Source: Pristiophorus japonicus
Taxonomy: Eukaryota
DNA: 64,000 nucleotides
Reading direction: 5' to 3'
NCBI RefSeq assembly: GCF_044704955.1
Contig: NC_091993.1
Coordinates: forward strand, 32,674,001 to 32,738,000
This document shows positions 26,973 to 40,234 of the stretch, piece by piece. Positions within the stretch are counted from its first letter, which is position 1, and the number at the start of each line of letters is the position of its first letter. A program made the translations under genes and the position numbers. Below the pieces are notes generated by a model that searched no databases, was not told where the DNA came from, and saw only the letters and a list, made by a program, of their open reading frames with translations.

Positions 26973-27504
26973 ATTTTTAAAGCGATGGTATTTGGCCGAG
27001 TGTATGCAGCAGATGGAGTTCAGTGACAGACAAGCACACACATTTTGGCAGAGGAAGAGGGTGGGATGTTGCAAGATACACATTTACCACCTTAGAGAAA
27101 TGTAGCTTGCAGCTAGAGGAATCTACGGCCCAGGTGCTGCAGACAAATCCTCCCCAGATTCCCCGCCCCCGCCCCCCCCCAGTGGATAGCAGAGCAGCAG
27201 CAGTTGGTCCGTTCGCAGGTCACTAGCTGCTCCTCCCAGAGCAGGTCCGGCAATGATTTGCAACATATGGCAGCACTGAAACTCTGCTATCCTTGAAGGA
27301 TGGAGCCAATACCCTGGTACCACAAGGTTCCCAGAGCCTTTGCCCGGAGCAGTTTAATCTTGCCTATTTTTATTTGGCCATGTAAAAGTACTACACCTTG
27401 GCTGTCCAGCAATTAATCCAGACAAACAATGCACACATGGTCACACAAGCTAATGAACTATAGAACAACTGGTCGAAAGGTTAAGGCACATTGCGACTCA
27501 GTTA

Positions 27505-28080
27505 CAGGTATTGGTGAGGCCACACCTGGAATACTGCGTGCAGTTTTGGTTTCCATATTTAAGAAAGGATATACTTGCTTTGAAGGCAGTTCAGAGAAGG
27601 TTCACTAGGTTGATTCCGGAGATGAGGGGGTTGACTTATGAGGAATGGTTGAGTAGATTGGGCCTCTACTCATTGGCATTCAGAAAAATGAGAGGTGATC
27701 TTATCGAAACATAAAAGATTAAGGTGGCTTGACAAGGTGGATGCAGAGAGGATGTGTCCACTGATGGGGAGACTAGAACTAGAGGGCATGATCTTTTAAG
27801 GGGCCACACATTTAAAACAAACAGAGATGAGGAGAAATTTCTTCTGAGGGTTGTGAATCTGTGGAATTCGCTGCCTCAGAGAGCTGTTGAAGCTGGAACG
27901 TTGAATAAATTTAAGACAAAAATAGATAGTTTCTTAAACGATAAGGGGATAAAGGGTTATGGGGTGCGGGCAGGGAAGTGGAGCTGAGTCCATGATCAGA
28001 TCAGCCATAATCGTATTAAATGGCAGAGCAGGCTCGAGGGGCCGTATGGCCTACTCCTACTCCTATTTCTTTTGTTATGA
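27505..28080 (+). mobile_element. CR1 3' fragment
   Basis: LVRPHLEYCVQFW...VQRRFTRLIP...VVNLWNSLP, broken by frameshifts. Confidence 0.9.
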
Positions 28081-28099
28081 ACAAATTACTCATTATATT

Positions 28100-28610
28100 A
28101 AAACTAAACTGTCTCCCCTCACCCTACTTCATCGCACCCTTATCAGCATACCCTTCTATTCCTCTCTCCTTCATGTGCTCATCCAGCTTCCCCTTAGCTA
28201 TACTATTCACTTCAACCACTCCCTGTGGCAGCGAGTTCCACATTCCCACCACTCTCTGGGTAAAGAAGTTTCTCTTGAATTTATTAGTGACTATCTTATA
28301 TGTATGGCCCCCAGTTCTGGTCTCCCCCACAAGTGGAAACATATTCTCCACGTCTACCCCATTCAAGATTATGAAAGAGTTTAAGAGTTCAATCAGGTCA
28401 CCCCTTAGCCTTCTCATTTCTAGAGAAAAGAGCCCCAGCCTATTCAATCTTTCCTCAGGTATAATCTCTCAATTCTGGTATCATCCTTGTGAATCTTTTT
28501 TGCACCTTCTCCAGTGCCACGATATGATTTTTACAATATGGAGACCAGAACTGTTCTATACATTTTAACATAACCCAGCTTTTCAATTCTATCCTTCTAG
28601 AATGTATTTG
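28100..28610 (-). mobile_element. CR1 3' fragment
   Basis: ORF 28124-28447(-) reads [17 protein letters not shown]...FFTQRVVGMWNSLP. Confidence 0.85.
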
Positions 28611-28615
28611 GTTTT

Positions 28616-29259
28616 CATCATCGGCAGTCCCTCGATATCGAGGAAGACTTGCTTCCACTCTAAAAGGGAGTTCTTAGGTGACTAAACGGTCCAATATGGG
28701 AATTATAGCCTCTGTCACAGGTGGTACAGACAGTCATGGAGGGAAAGGGTGGGTAGGACTGGTTTGCCGCACGCTCCTTCCGCTGCCTGCGCTTGTTTGT
28801 TGCATGCTCTCGGCGACGAGACTTGAGGTGCTCAGCACCCTCCTGGATGCACTTCCTCCACTTAGGGCGGTCTTTGGCCAGGGATTCCCATGTGTCGGTG
28901 GGGATGTTGCACTTTATCGAGGAGGCTTTGAGGGTGTCCTTGAAATGTTTCCTCTGCCCACCTGGGGCTCGCTTGCTGTGTAGGAGTTCCGAGTAGAGCA
29001 CTTGCTTTAGGAGTCTTGTGTCAGGCATGCGGACAATGTGGCCCGCCCAACGGAGCTGGTCGAGTGTGGTCAGTGCTTCGAGCGCCTCAGGAAAAGTGTT
29101 CGAAGATCAGGCCCTCAAATCTGGCACAAAGCTTATGATCTACAGGGCTGTAGTGATACCAACCCTCCTGTATGGCTCAGAGACATGGACCATATACAGT
29201 AGACATCACAAAATTGCTGGAGAAATACCACCAGCATTGTCTCCGCAAGATCCTGCAAA
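28616..29259 (-). mobile_element. RTE-clade LINE, 5'-truncated with inverted 5' segment
   Basis: Minus piece encodes MPDTRLLKQVLYSEL...GGQRKHFKDTLK. The segment ~29082-29259 is the upstream part of the same element in plus orientation. Confidence 0.85.
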
Positions 29260-29646
29260 TTTGTTTTTATTCTTTTATTGGCTGATGGTTTCCTTTCTGG
29301 CCAGGAGTAGGAGTGCTCCTCTGGACCTCAGGAGGAAGCCTTGGGCCTCCTTTGCCCCGGGCTCATCCCGATCGCGCCCCCAACGGACGGTGGGGTCCAT
29401 TCCCACAGGTCCCCGTCTACGGCCTACTATCGCGGAATTCCTGCTGCCTCCCGCAGCCAGGTAGTGGATCTGGCCGCATGCAGGCAGGGCTCCAGGAATC
29501 TCCATGGAAACCTGACCTGGCTGTTAATAGCGGCCATGTCTCCAGGTCCCAGGACCCCCCCCCCCCCGGTTCACATGTACCACACGCACGCACACCCCAC
29601 CGCCCTCCCACCCTTTAAAATTGGGCCTTAGACATTGTACTATCAA

Positions 29647-30150
29647 TGTCAGCCGTGGCTCAGGGGCAGCACACTCGCCTCGGAGTCAGAAGATTGAGGG
29701 TTCAAGTCCCACTCCAGGAACTTGAGCACAAAATCTAGGCTGACACTCCAGTGCAGTGCTGAGGGAGTGCTGCACTGTCTGAGGGGCAGTGCTGAGGGAA
29801 CACTGCACTGTTGAGGTGCTGTCTTTCGGGTGAGATGTTAAACCGAGGCATCGTCTGCCCTCTCAGGTGCAGGTAAAAGATCCCACGGCACTATTTTGAA
29901 GAGGAGCAGGGGAGTTCTCCCCGATGTCTGGGGCCAATATTTATCCCTCAAATCAACATCACCAAAAACAGATTATCTGGTCATTATCACATTGCTATCT
30001 GTGGGAGCTTGCCATGCGCAAATTGGCTGCTGCGTTTCCTACATTACAAAAGTGACTACACTCAAAAGTACTTCATTGGCTGTAAAGTGCTTTGAAAAAT
30101 CCGGTGGTCGTGAAAGGCGCTATATAAATCCAAGGTTTTCTTTTCTTTCA
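29647..30150 (+). mobile_element. Full-length Deu-SINE (two 33-bp units)
   Basis: Head, body and tail match the window consensus. Confidence 0.85.
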
Positions 30151-30863
30151 TCTCACCTTCCCCTCTCTACGCTTTCCCCTTTTGTTCCAGGAGGATCTGC
30201 CAGGAATGGTGTGTGACACAAGACCCGGGAGGGACGAGAGGCGCACAGACACTTGGAGATGCAATGGTTAGATCATTTCATTCCCACCTCTGGGACACAG
30301 AACCGAATGACTGGATAAAACTCGGCCTTCTCTGACAGCTACGAAAGAAGCTGCTGAATAGTTTGGGTCGCCTGAACCCAGCTCGAAGGAATTGAACTTC
30401 ACTGCATAGACTGACAAGCTCATTGATGCCAAGCTAACAGCTAGTGCAGGAAATGGAGATCACACTGGGACAATGGAGCTGCACATTTCTGGAGCAAAGT
30501 AGATCAATCTTTCTCTTGGTGCAATTAATGGTGACACTTGACAATTGCTCGGTATTTTTCTGGGACAGCGTGCCCAGATTGAATAATCCCATCACATGAG
30601 GAGGGCATCTTAGACATGCTGCTTCTTCTTCGGCAGTCCCTTGAATTGAGGATGACTTGCTTCCACACTAAAAAGGGATGTGTTCAATGAGTTCACAGGT
30701 GTTTCAATGAAGGGCCTAATATTCCAGGTCCCAAACTGCATATTGAAGGGTGGAAGATGCCGGTGTGTGGATTTTTTTTATTAAAACGTGTGGACACCAG
30801 CCACCACACGAGCTTGACAGAGCTAGGTCTTGATCCAGTGGCAAGAGTTAGCAATGGACATGC

Positions 30864-31725
30864 CATCATCATAGTCAGTCCCTCGGAATCGAGGAAGACT
30901 TGCTTCCACTCCCAAAGTGAGTTCTTTGATGGCTGAACAGTCCAATACGAGAGCCATAGATCCTGTTACAGGTGGGACAGACATTCGTCGAGTGAAGGGG
31001 TCGGTGGGGCTGGTTTGCCACGCGCTTCTTCCGCTGCCTGCGCCTGGCCTCTTCACGCTCTTTGCGTTGAGACTCAAAGAGCTCAATGCCCTCCCGGAAA
31101 AACTTTCTCCACCTCGGGCGGTCTGCGGCCAGGGTGTCCCATGTGTCAGTGGTGATGTCGCACTTTACCAGGGAGGCTTTGAGGGTGTCCTTATAACGTT
31201 TCCGCTGTCCTCCTTTGGCTCATTTACCATGAAGGAGCTCCGCATTTGCTTAGGGAGTCTCGTATCTGGCATGGGAACGATGTGGCCTGCCCAGCGAAGC
31301 TGATAGAGTGTGGTCAGTGCTTCAATGCTGAGGATATTGGCCTGGTCGAGGACATTGATGTTGGGGCACCTGTCCTCCCAGGGGATTTGCAGGATCTTGT
31401 GGAGACATCGTTGACGATATATCTCCAACGACTTGAGGTGCCTTCTATAAATCGTCCATTCCTCAGATCCATACAGGAGGGCGGGTATTACCAGCCCTGT
31501 AGACCATGATCTTGGTGGTAGATTTCAGGGCCTGGTCTTCAAACACTCTTTTCCTCAGACGGCCGAAGGCTGCACTGGTGCACTGGAGGCGATGCTGAAT
31601 CTCCGCATCAATGTCTGCCTTTGTTGATAAGAGGCTCCCGAGATATGGGAAATGGTCCACGTTGTCGAGGGCCACGCCGTGAATCTTGATTGGAGGGCAG
31701 TGCTGTGCGGCGGTGACAGGCTGGT
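30864..31725 (-). mobile_element. RTE-clade LINE 3' fragment
   Basis: LDNVDHFPYLGSLLS...AAFGRLRKRVF...LRWAGHIVPMPDTRLPKQ and an (ATG)n tail. Confidence 0.9.
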
Positions 31726-31849
31726 GTTAAAGACCCCATGCCTCTATATGCTGACATCCCAATGCACTGCACCATTATGGATAAAACATTTCTGAATTCA
31801 GTTATTAAGAGGTCAGAAACAATGCCATTATCCTTAAATGCCATTAGCC

Positions 31850-33732
31850 CGCTGGAAGGAGCATTTGAAGATCTCCTCAAATCGAGACTCTGCCTTTGAC
31901 TCGAGTGGTCTCAACTCCATCCCGCAGCATGCAACCCGCCACCACCTCAGGGAAACCCCAACACTGCACAAGGTAGGCAAAGCCATAAAACAGCTCAAGA
32001 ACAACTTGAGCTACGGGTGCGGATGGAATCCCTGCCATGGCCCTAAAATATGGCGGAGGCGCACTGTTGCCGCGGATACATGACCTCATCTCTCTCATTT
32101 GGAGGGAGGAGAGCATGCCGGGAGATCTCAGGAGATGCAGTGATCGTGTCCATTTTTAAAAAGGGGAACAAATCCGACTGCGGCAACTACAGGGGATTCT
32201 CCCTGCTATCAACCACTGGGAAGTTTGTCGCTAGAGTTCTCCTCAACCGTAATCTCCCTGTGGCCGAGGAGCTTCTCCCAGAGTCACAATGCGAATTTCG
32301 TCCCCTACGGGGAACAGACAGACATGATCTTTTACCTGTAGTCTGCCTGCAAATGCAGGGAGCAGCGCCAGCCCTTATACATGGCCATTTTCGATCTTAC
32401 AAAGGCCTTTGACACTGTCAACTATGAGGGCTTATGGAGCGTCCTCCTCAGTTTTGGATGCCCCCGAAAGTTTGTCAACATCCTTCGCCTGCTCCACGAC
32501 GACATGCAGGCCGTGATCCTTACCAACGGATCCGTTACAGACCCATTCCACGTCCAGACCGGGGTCAAACAGGGCTGAGTCATCGCTCCAACCCTCTTCT
32601 CAATCTTCCTCGCTGCCATGTTTCACCTCACTTTCAAGAAGCTCCCCGCTGGAATGGAACTAAACTACAGAACCAGTGGGAAGCTGTTTAACCTACACCA
32701 CCTTCAGGCCAGGTCCAAGATCACCCCAACCTCTGTCGTTGAACTGCAGTACGCGGATGACATCTGCGTCTGCGCACATTCTGAGGCTGAACTCCAGGAT
32801 ATAGTCGATGTATTCACCGAGGCATATGAAAGCATGGGCCTTACGCTTAACATCTGTAAGACAAAGGTCCACCAGCCTGTCCTCGCTGCACAACACTGCC
32901 CCCCAATCATCAAGATTCACGGTACGGCTCTCGACAACGTGGACCACTTCCCATACCTCGGGAGCCTCTCGTCAACAAAGGCAGACATTGATGGGGAGAT
33001 TCAACATCGCCTCCAGTGCGCCAGTGCAGCCTTCGGTCGCCTGAAGAAAAGAGTGTTCGAAGACCAGGCCCTCAAACCTACCACCAAGCTCATGGTCTAC
33101 AGGGCTGTAGTAATACCCGCCCTCCTGTATGGATCAGAGGCATGGACGACGCACAGAAGACACATCAAGTCGCTGGAGATATATCACCAATAATGTCTCC
33201 GCAAGATCCTGCAAATCCCCTGGGAGGACAGACGCACCAACATCAGTGTTCTCGCCCAGGCTAACACCCCCAGCATTGAAGCACTAACCACACTCGATCA
33301 GCTTCGCTGGGCAGGCCACTTAGTTCGCATGCCAGACACGAGACTCCCTAAGCAATTGCTCTCCGCAGAGCTCCTTCATGGCAAACAATTCAAAGGTGGG
33401 CAGCGGAAACGTTAGAAGGACACCCAGAAGTGTGACATCACCACTGACACCTGGGAGACCTTGGCCGAAGACTACCCTAGGTGGAGAAAGTGCATCCGGG
33501 AGGGTGTTGAGCTCTTCGAATCTCAACGCTGTGAGCGTGAAGAGGTCAGACGCAGGCAGCGGAAGGAGCGTGTGGTAAATCAGTCCCACCCCCCCCACTC
33601 TTCCCCCGACGTATGTCTGTCCCACCTGTGACAGGGTCTGTGGCTCTTGTGTTGGACTGTTCAGCCACCAAAGAACTCACTTTAGGAGTGGAAGCAAGTC
33701 TTCCTCAATTTCGAGGGACTGCCTATGATGAT
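31850..33732 (+). mobile_element. RTE-clade LINE (RT domain to 3' end, degenerate)
   Basis: DCGNYRGFSLLS, FDLTKAFDTV, GVKQG, LQYADD and FPYLGS motifs, with stops and frameshifts. Ends GAGGGACTGCCTATGATGAT. Confidence 0.92.
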
Positions 33733-33960
33733 TTTTAAAACGTAAAAAAAAAATACAAAATGGTAAGTATATTGGCAAAGTTACATTATCAAAGCTCAAA
33801 TCCACAAAACAATCCAGATGCACATCAGTGGAAAAGATGACTTTTAGGTATTGAGAGGCGTGGAGTGTCGTAGGTTGCAACAGGACACAGGTTGAGTGAA
33901 GGGAAAGACCGTGCCCTTTCAAATCAAGCAGTCTGTCATTGGTTAGACTACTGCGATACA

Positions 33961-34050
33961 AGGCCATTACTGCTATCTGATTATACACAGAGGCCATTAC
34001 TGCTATCTGATTATACACAGAGGCCATTACTGCTATCTGATTATACATAG
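33961..34050. repeat. 30-bp tandem repeat x3
   Basis: Unit AGGCCATTACTGCTATCTGATTATACACAG. Confidence 0.95.
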
Positions 34051-36227
34051 AGGTTCTGTTTGAGCCAATTCCTCTTGTAAAGTGAAGGCTGCAAAAGGAA
34101 AATGAACACTAAATCAGCCATGATCTCATTGAATGGAGGAACAGGCTCGATGGGTTGAATGGACACACACACATACACACAGGTGGAGGGGGGGGTGGGG
34201 GAGACACCACAGGAATAGGTCATTCAGCCCATCAAGCCTGTTCCCTCAGAGAGAACAAAAATGCTACACACACAGAGGGACAGTAGGAAAGAGAGCCAGA
34301 GACTCCATGTTTTGGATGGGGGAAAGAGGGTGAGGAAGATGAGAAAGGAGGTGCATTTTATTTTCTCTCCTTCTCCTCTGCCCCCCCCCCCCCTCCCCCA
34401 CCATACCCCTCCCGAGAGGAGTAGAGTGCATAGCTAACTACAATACAGGGGCCAAGTGTGCAGGAAGATCCTGGCAAAGCTTCAACCCCAAAAAGACACC
34501 GACCAACTCTCTCCATTTTGTCCATAAGCAAGACTACAGAGCTTTAGAATCAAATTAATGCGGTCAGGAAAGAAATTAGGGGACAAGAGGTTTTAATATT
34601 TAATAAATTTCATTTGTCTATAAACGTCACAGGAAATAATTAACTATGACATAAAAACTGGAGACAATTGATGCGAGGAGATCATCAGGGCATGATGGCA
34701 ATAGAGAGAGACAGAAGGAATATAAAAGCCCAGGAAAAATTAAAGTTTAATTAAATTAAAACAACACAAAGGGCGATTACAAGTTTTAAGAAGAAAGCAG
34801 GCATGCTTTGCAAATTCAAAGATAATTAAACAGCAATGATTAAGAGGATAGAATCCTAAAGACTTTCAGGCAAAGCAGCTGGACCAGATGAGCAACCAAC
34901 AAATGGAAATGTCATAAAACACAAGGCACACTGCTAAATTCCATTGCCTCGGAAAACAGCAGATCACTAGGAGAAAACAAATGCGATACCGTTCAGGCTT
35001 TCACCCTACTACTTAACTTGTTCACAGCAAAAAGCCAGCGTGTGCAAGCAGACTGAGATTCCCATGAACCTTACCCATCCCGTGCACAGAGAGTGAGGCT
35101 AGCAATTACCCCTTTAACACAGTACAGTACATCAGAGACCACATGGGATGCCCACCATGATCTCGGATGAGACATTAAACCGAGGCCCCGTCTGCTCTCT
35201 CAGATGGACATAAAAGATCTCATGACACTATTTCGAAGAAGAGCAGGGGAGTTATATAAATGCAAGTCTGTCTTTCTTTCCTTTCTTTCTCCAGTCTGAG
35301 GAGCGATTTGATCGAGCTGTCGAAATGATGAAGGGATAGGACAGGATAGGGAAAGAATTGGGCTTTTTCCAGTGACTGCGTGGTGTAGAATGAGGCAAGA
35401 GGGAGGAGCACTGCTGGAAAGCCGTGGGATCCTTCTGTACATATGCGGATCAGACTCTGATGAAGTAAGTGTTAATACGGATTCTTTTTCCCTCAATCTG
35501 TTTCAGCGAATACGCTGACGCGAACACCTTGCCTTTTCTGTAAAGGACCTTTATTGAAGATTCTCCAGCCGGGACTTGTCAAGACAAAGGGACACTCTCA
35601 ATCAGAGCCTGTTTACCTTCCCCTGAACAAGCCCCTTTACAGCACAAAAAGCACAGTAGTTATACATTTTCAAAACAGAACACATTTTATTAGCACTTGG
35701 TCTATCCAATCCCTTTCTGCCTCTTTCCTCCCCCCCCCCCCAGAAAGTCTCCCAATTAGGGCTGGTGTCAGGGTCAGGTTAGTTATAGCTTCGCTACACT
35801 GTCTTCCCTTATCAGTAAAGAACCCAATTAGTTTCCCTTCCTCCTTATCAGTAAAAGCCATTACTTTTCTCCTCCTACCTAGAATTGCTTTCTTTCTTTG
35901 TGCCGCCTTGCGTCTTTCTCATGACCCGTGTTTAACCTCAACCTCAACTCTTGGTAACCCCTTTTTTTTCTGTCGATTCTGCAGTTGTCTGCATCTTGAC
36001 ATTTCTTTAGCTATTTTCCCATGATTCCCTATTTCCATCCCTCTGCCACATTTACAATCCTTCTTTATCCATTCTCATAAGCACGGCCAGAGGCTAGCAC
36101 GGGGAAGATGTGTGCCAGAAGTGGTCCAGAAGGTCAAGTGTTTTAGGCAAGGAAACCTTCTCAGCCCCTCTCCCGATTGAAAGTCCTTTCCTACAACCCC
36201 CACCCCAAATGCTGGGGACTGTTCCTT

Positions 36228-37975
36228 CAGTCATGGCTCAGTACGCAGCACTCTTGCCTCCAAATCAGAAGGTTGTGGGTTCAAGTCCCACTCCAGAGAC
36301 ATGAGCTCATAATCTAGGCTGACATTGCCAGGGCAGTGCTGAGGGAGCACTGTACTGTCCAAGGGTCAGTACTGAGGGAGCGCTGCACTGTCCAAGGGTC
36401 AGTACTGAGGGAGCGCTGCACTGTCCAAGGGTCAGTACTGAGGGAGCGCTGCACTGTCCAAGGGTCAGTACTGAGGGAGCGCTGCACTGTCGGAGGAGCA
36501 GAACTGAGGGAACGCTGCACTGTCGGAGGAGCAGACTGAGGGAGCGCTGCACTGTTGGAGGGGCAGGACTGAGGGAGCGCTGCACTGTCGGAGGAGCAGG
36601 ACTGAGGGAGCGCTGCACTGTCGGAGGAGCAGGACTGAGGGAGCGCTGCACTGTCGGAGGAGCAGGACTGAGGGAGCGCTGCACTGTCGGAGGAGCAGGA
36701 CTGAGGAAGCGCTGCACTGTCGGAGGAGCAGGACTGAGGAAGCGCTGCACTGTCAAAGATGTCATCTTTCGGATGAAATGTTAAACCAAGGTCCCGTCTG
36801 CTCCCCCTAGTGGATATAAAAGATTCCATAGCACTATTTCAAAGAAGAGTAGGGGAGTTCTCCTTGGTTTCCTGGGGCCAATATTTATCCCTCAACCAAA
36901 ATCACTAATAACAGATTATTGGGTCATTTATCTCATTGCGGTGTGTGGGAGCTTGCTGTACGCAAATTGGCTGCCGCGTTTCCCACATTAAAACAATGAC
37001 TACAGATGACACTAAACTGGGTGACGGTGAGAGCTGTGAGGAGGATGCTAAGAGGCTGCAGGGTGACTTGGACAGGTTAGGTGAGTGGACAAATGCATGG
37101 CAGATGCAGTATAATGTGGATAAATGTGAGGTTACCCACTTTGGGGGCAAAAACATGAAGGCAGAATATTATCTGAATGGCGGTAGATTAGGAAAAGGTC
37201 CTGGTACATCAGTCATTGAAAGTTGGCATACAGGTACAGCATGCAGTAAAGAAGGTAAATGGTATGTTGGCCTTCATAGCGAGGGGATTTGAGTATAGGA
37301 GCATGGAGGTTTTACTGCAGTTGTACAGGGCCTTGGTGAGGCCTCACCTGGAATATTGTGTTCAGTTTTGGTCTCCTAATCTGAGGAAGGACGTTCTTGC
37401 TATTGAGGGAGTGCAGCGAAGATTCACCAGACTGATTCCCAGGATAGCTGGTCTGACATATGAGGAGAGACTGGATCAACTGGGCCTTTATACATTGGAG
37501 TTTAGAAGGATGAGAGGGGATCTCATAGAAACATACAAGATTCTGACAGGACTGGACAGGTTAGATGCAGGAAGAATGTTCCCATGTTGGGGAAGTCCAG
37601 AACCAGGGGACACAGTCTAAGGATAAGGGGTAGGCCATTTAGGACTGAGATGAGGAGAAACTTCTTCACTCAGAATTGTTAACCTGTGGAATTCCCTACC
37701 GCAGAGAGTTGTTGATGCCAGTTCATTGGATATATTCAAGAGGGAGTTAGATATGGCCCTTACGGCTAAAGGGATCAAGGGATGGAGAGAAAGCAGGAAA
37801 GGGGTATTGAGGGAATGATCAGCCATGATCTTATTGAATGGTGGTGCAGGCTCGAAGGGCCGAGCAGCCTACTCCTGCACCTATTTTCTATGTTTCAAAA
37901 GTACTTCATTGGCTGTAAAGCGCTTTGGGACGCGCTGAGGTTGTGAAAGGCGCTATAGAAATGCTAATTTTTCTT
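36228..37975 (+). mobile_element. Deu-SINE with ~13-unit 33-bp expansion (36330-36755), interrupted by a CR1 at ~37004-37894
   Basis: The SINE stops at ACAATGACTACA and resumes at TCAAAAGTACTTCATTGG after the CR1 tail. The CR1 encodes DDTKLG...LVRPHLEYCVQFW. Confidence 0.9.
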
Positions 37976-38174
37976 CTGGTTCCCGGTAACTGCTTCCCGT
38001 CGCCCGACATCCCACCAGCCAGCCAACATTTGGTGGGAGACGAGGCTAAGCCTCAGGCTGTGGACGGCTGGAGTGGTGGTCATTCCCGGCCAGGAGATGG
38101 AGTGGGACACAGTGAGGAATTGTGGTAGGGCAGTGACATTGGAGCTCAGTTATACACTCTCTCTGAGACCACCT

Positions 38175-38552
38175 CTCATAGAAACATACAACATTCTTAC
38201 AGGGCTTGACAGGGTAGATTCAGGGAAGAGGTTTCCCCCAGGCTGAGGAGTCCAGAACCAGGGATCACAGTCTCAGAATAAGGGGTCGGCCTTTTAAGAC
38301 TGAGATGAGGAGAAATTTCTTCACTCAGAGGGTGGTGAATCTTTGGAATTCTTTGCCCCAGAGGGCTGTGGATGCTCAGTCTTTGGGTATATTCAAGACA
38401 GAGATTGATAGATTTTTGGATATTAAGGGAATCAAGTGATATGGGGATAGTGCAGGAAAGTGGAGTGGAGGTCGTAGATCAGCCATGATCTTATTGAATG
38501 GCGCAGCAGGCTCGAGGGGCCGAATGGCCTACTCCTGCTATTATGTCTTATG
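38175..38552 (+). mobile_element. CR1 3' end
   Basis: Same 3' ORF2 and UTR consensus as the other copies. Confidence 0.85.
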
Positions 38553-38602
38553 TAGTTCAAATGTTTTAGCTTTCAGCCCTACTTACAGAATACAAGCACA
38601 CT

Positions 38603-39208
38603 GGGCTGGAAATTTGGTGATTTTGCGACCGGGTTTCTGGTGCTAGTTCACCTTTTTTGGTGAAAACCCGGTCGGCGGAAATTTCGGTGACGTTTTTTGG
38701 CAGCGGTTTTCAGATATCGCTGAGTGAGGACCACCGTCGTGCAAGACTCGAAATATCGCTTTCGCCAAAAATTTGGCTCCGCGTGCACCCGTATTTTGCG
38801 GGAAAAATACCGCCCGGGAAAAAGCTGCGTTGCAACCCTTGGAGCAGCGGTAAGTGCGAAGACCTGCAAAACAGGCAAGTTAAAGGTTTTATTTTTTAAT
38901 TTTTAGTAGTGATTCGCTAGCCAAGTGTCTTGTAAATGTTTTGTGAATGTTTTTTGTTGTTTTCTGCAATTTATTATTATTATTTTTTTTTTTTAGGTGT
39001 TTTTCCGCCCTCCCTCGGCCCAACTCACAGTGGTATCGGCCTCGGACTAAAGTTTCCGAAATTCGGGATTTGCGCCACAAATCCTCGTGCAAAGCCAATT
39101 TTTACCATTCCACAAATTAAATCTTGAATTTATGGCCTCATAGCGATGCGATAACAGCAATTTTGGCAAAAAAATACAGTTATCACTGAGAACCGAATTT
39201 CGAGCCCA
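38603..39208. mobile_element. MITE-like element with terminal inverted repeats
   Basis: Left end GGGCTGGAAATTTGGT, right end ACCGAATTTCGAGCCC (16-bp imperfect TIR). CpG-rich arms, AT-rich core, no credible ORF. Confidence 0.65.
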
Positions 39209-39474
39209 TAATCTGGGAGGACACTTCAGTACTGAGAGAGTACTGCATTGTTGGTGGTGCCATCTTTCAGATGAGATATTAATCCGAAGCCCTGTCAGGT
39301 AGACGGAAAGGAACAGGTTGTGTGGCACATTTGGGAGAGCGGCAGGGAGTTCTACCAGTCGTCCGGTCAATGTTCCTCCCTCAGCTACCGGTAAAACCGG
39401 TTTGTCTGGTTATTTGTCAATTTGGTGTTCACAGATTGCCTGTCATTCTACCAGACGTAAATCAGAGATGATCC

Positions 39475-39957
39475 AAAACCCGGCTAACTCGCACCAAGTC
39501 CTGCTCACCCATCACACCTGTGCTCGCTGACCTACATTGGCTCCTGGTTTAAGCAATGCCTCGATTTCAAAATACTCATCCTTATTTTCAAACCCCTCCA
39601 TGACCTCTACCCTCCCTATCTCTAATCTCCTCTAGCTCCACAACCCCCCCCCCCCCCCAAGATGTCTGCGTTCCTCTAATTCTGCTCTCCTGAGCATCCC
39701 GGAGTATAATCACTCAACCATTGCTGGCCATGCCTTCTGTTGCCTGGACCCCAAGCTCTGGAACTCCCTGCCTAAACCTCTCTTTCCTCCTTGAAGATGC
39801 TCCTTAAAACCTACATCTTTGACCAAGCTTTTGGTCCCCTGTGTTAATTTCTACTTATGCAGTTCAGTGTCAAATTTTAATCGCATAATACTCCTGTGAA
39901 GCACCTTGGGACTCACTACGTTAAAGGCGCTATATAAATACAAGTTGCTGTTGTTGC
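39475..39957 (+). mobile_element. L2-type LINE 3' end
   Basis: Homologous to 8445-8890 and ~49620-49855. Tail TTAAAGGCGCTATATAAATACAAGTTG. Confidence 0.75.
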
Positions 39958-40234
39958 CACGATTGCAGAACAGTAACTACACCGCAAAAGTAATTAACTA
40001 GTTACGAAATGCTTTGGACGTCTTTGTTAGAACTTGATGTAGCACTTTTTAAAATGCCAAGTTCTTTCCTTCACAGGAGGTACAAGGAAGGAAAAATCTG
40101 AGTTGGAAAACAGCAAAATAATATTGATAAACCTGTAAAAAAGGTCATTCATAGTATTCAATATTACAGATAAAAACAGAAAATGCTTGAATCACTCAGC
40201 AGGTCAGGCAGTGGCTGTGGAGAGAGACTTTAAA

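Noticed and set aside
34400-36060. Purine/pyrimidine-skewed stretch as a retroviral remnant
   Set aside because: No gag, pol or env motifs and no paired LTRs could be recognised.
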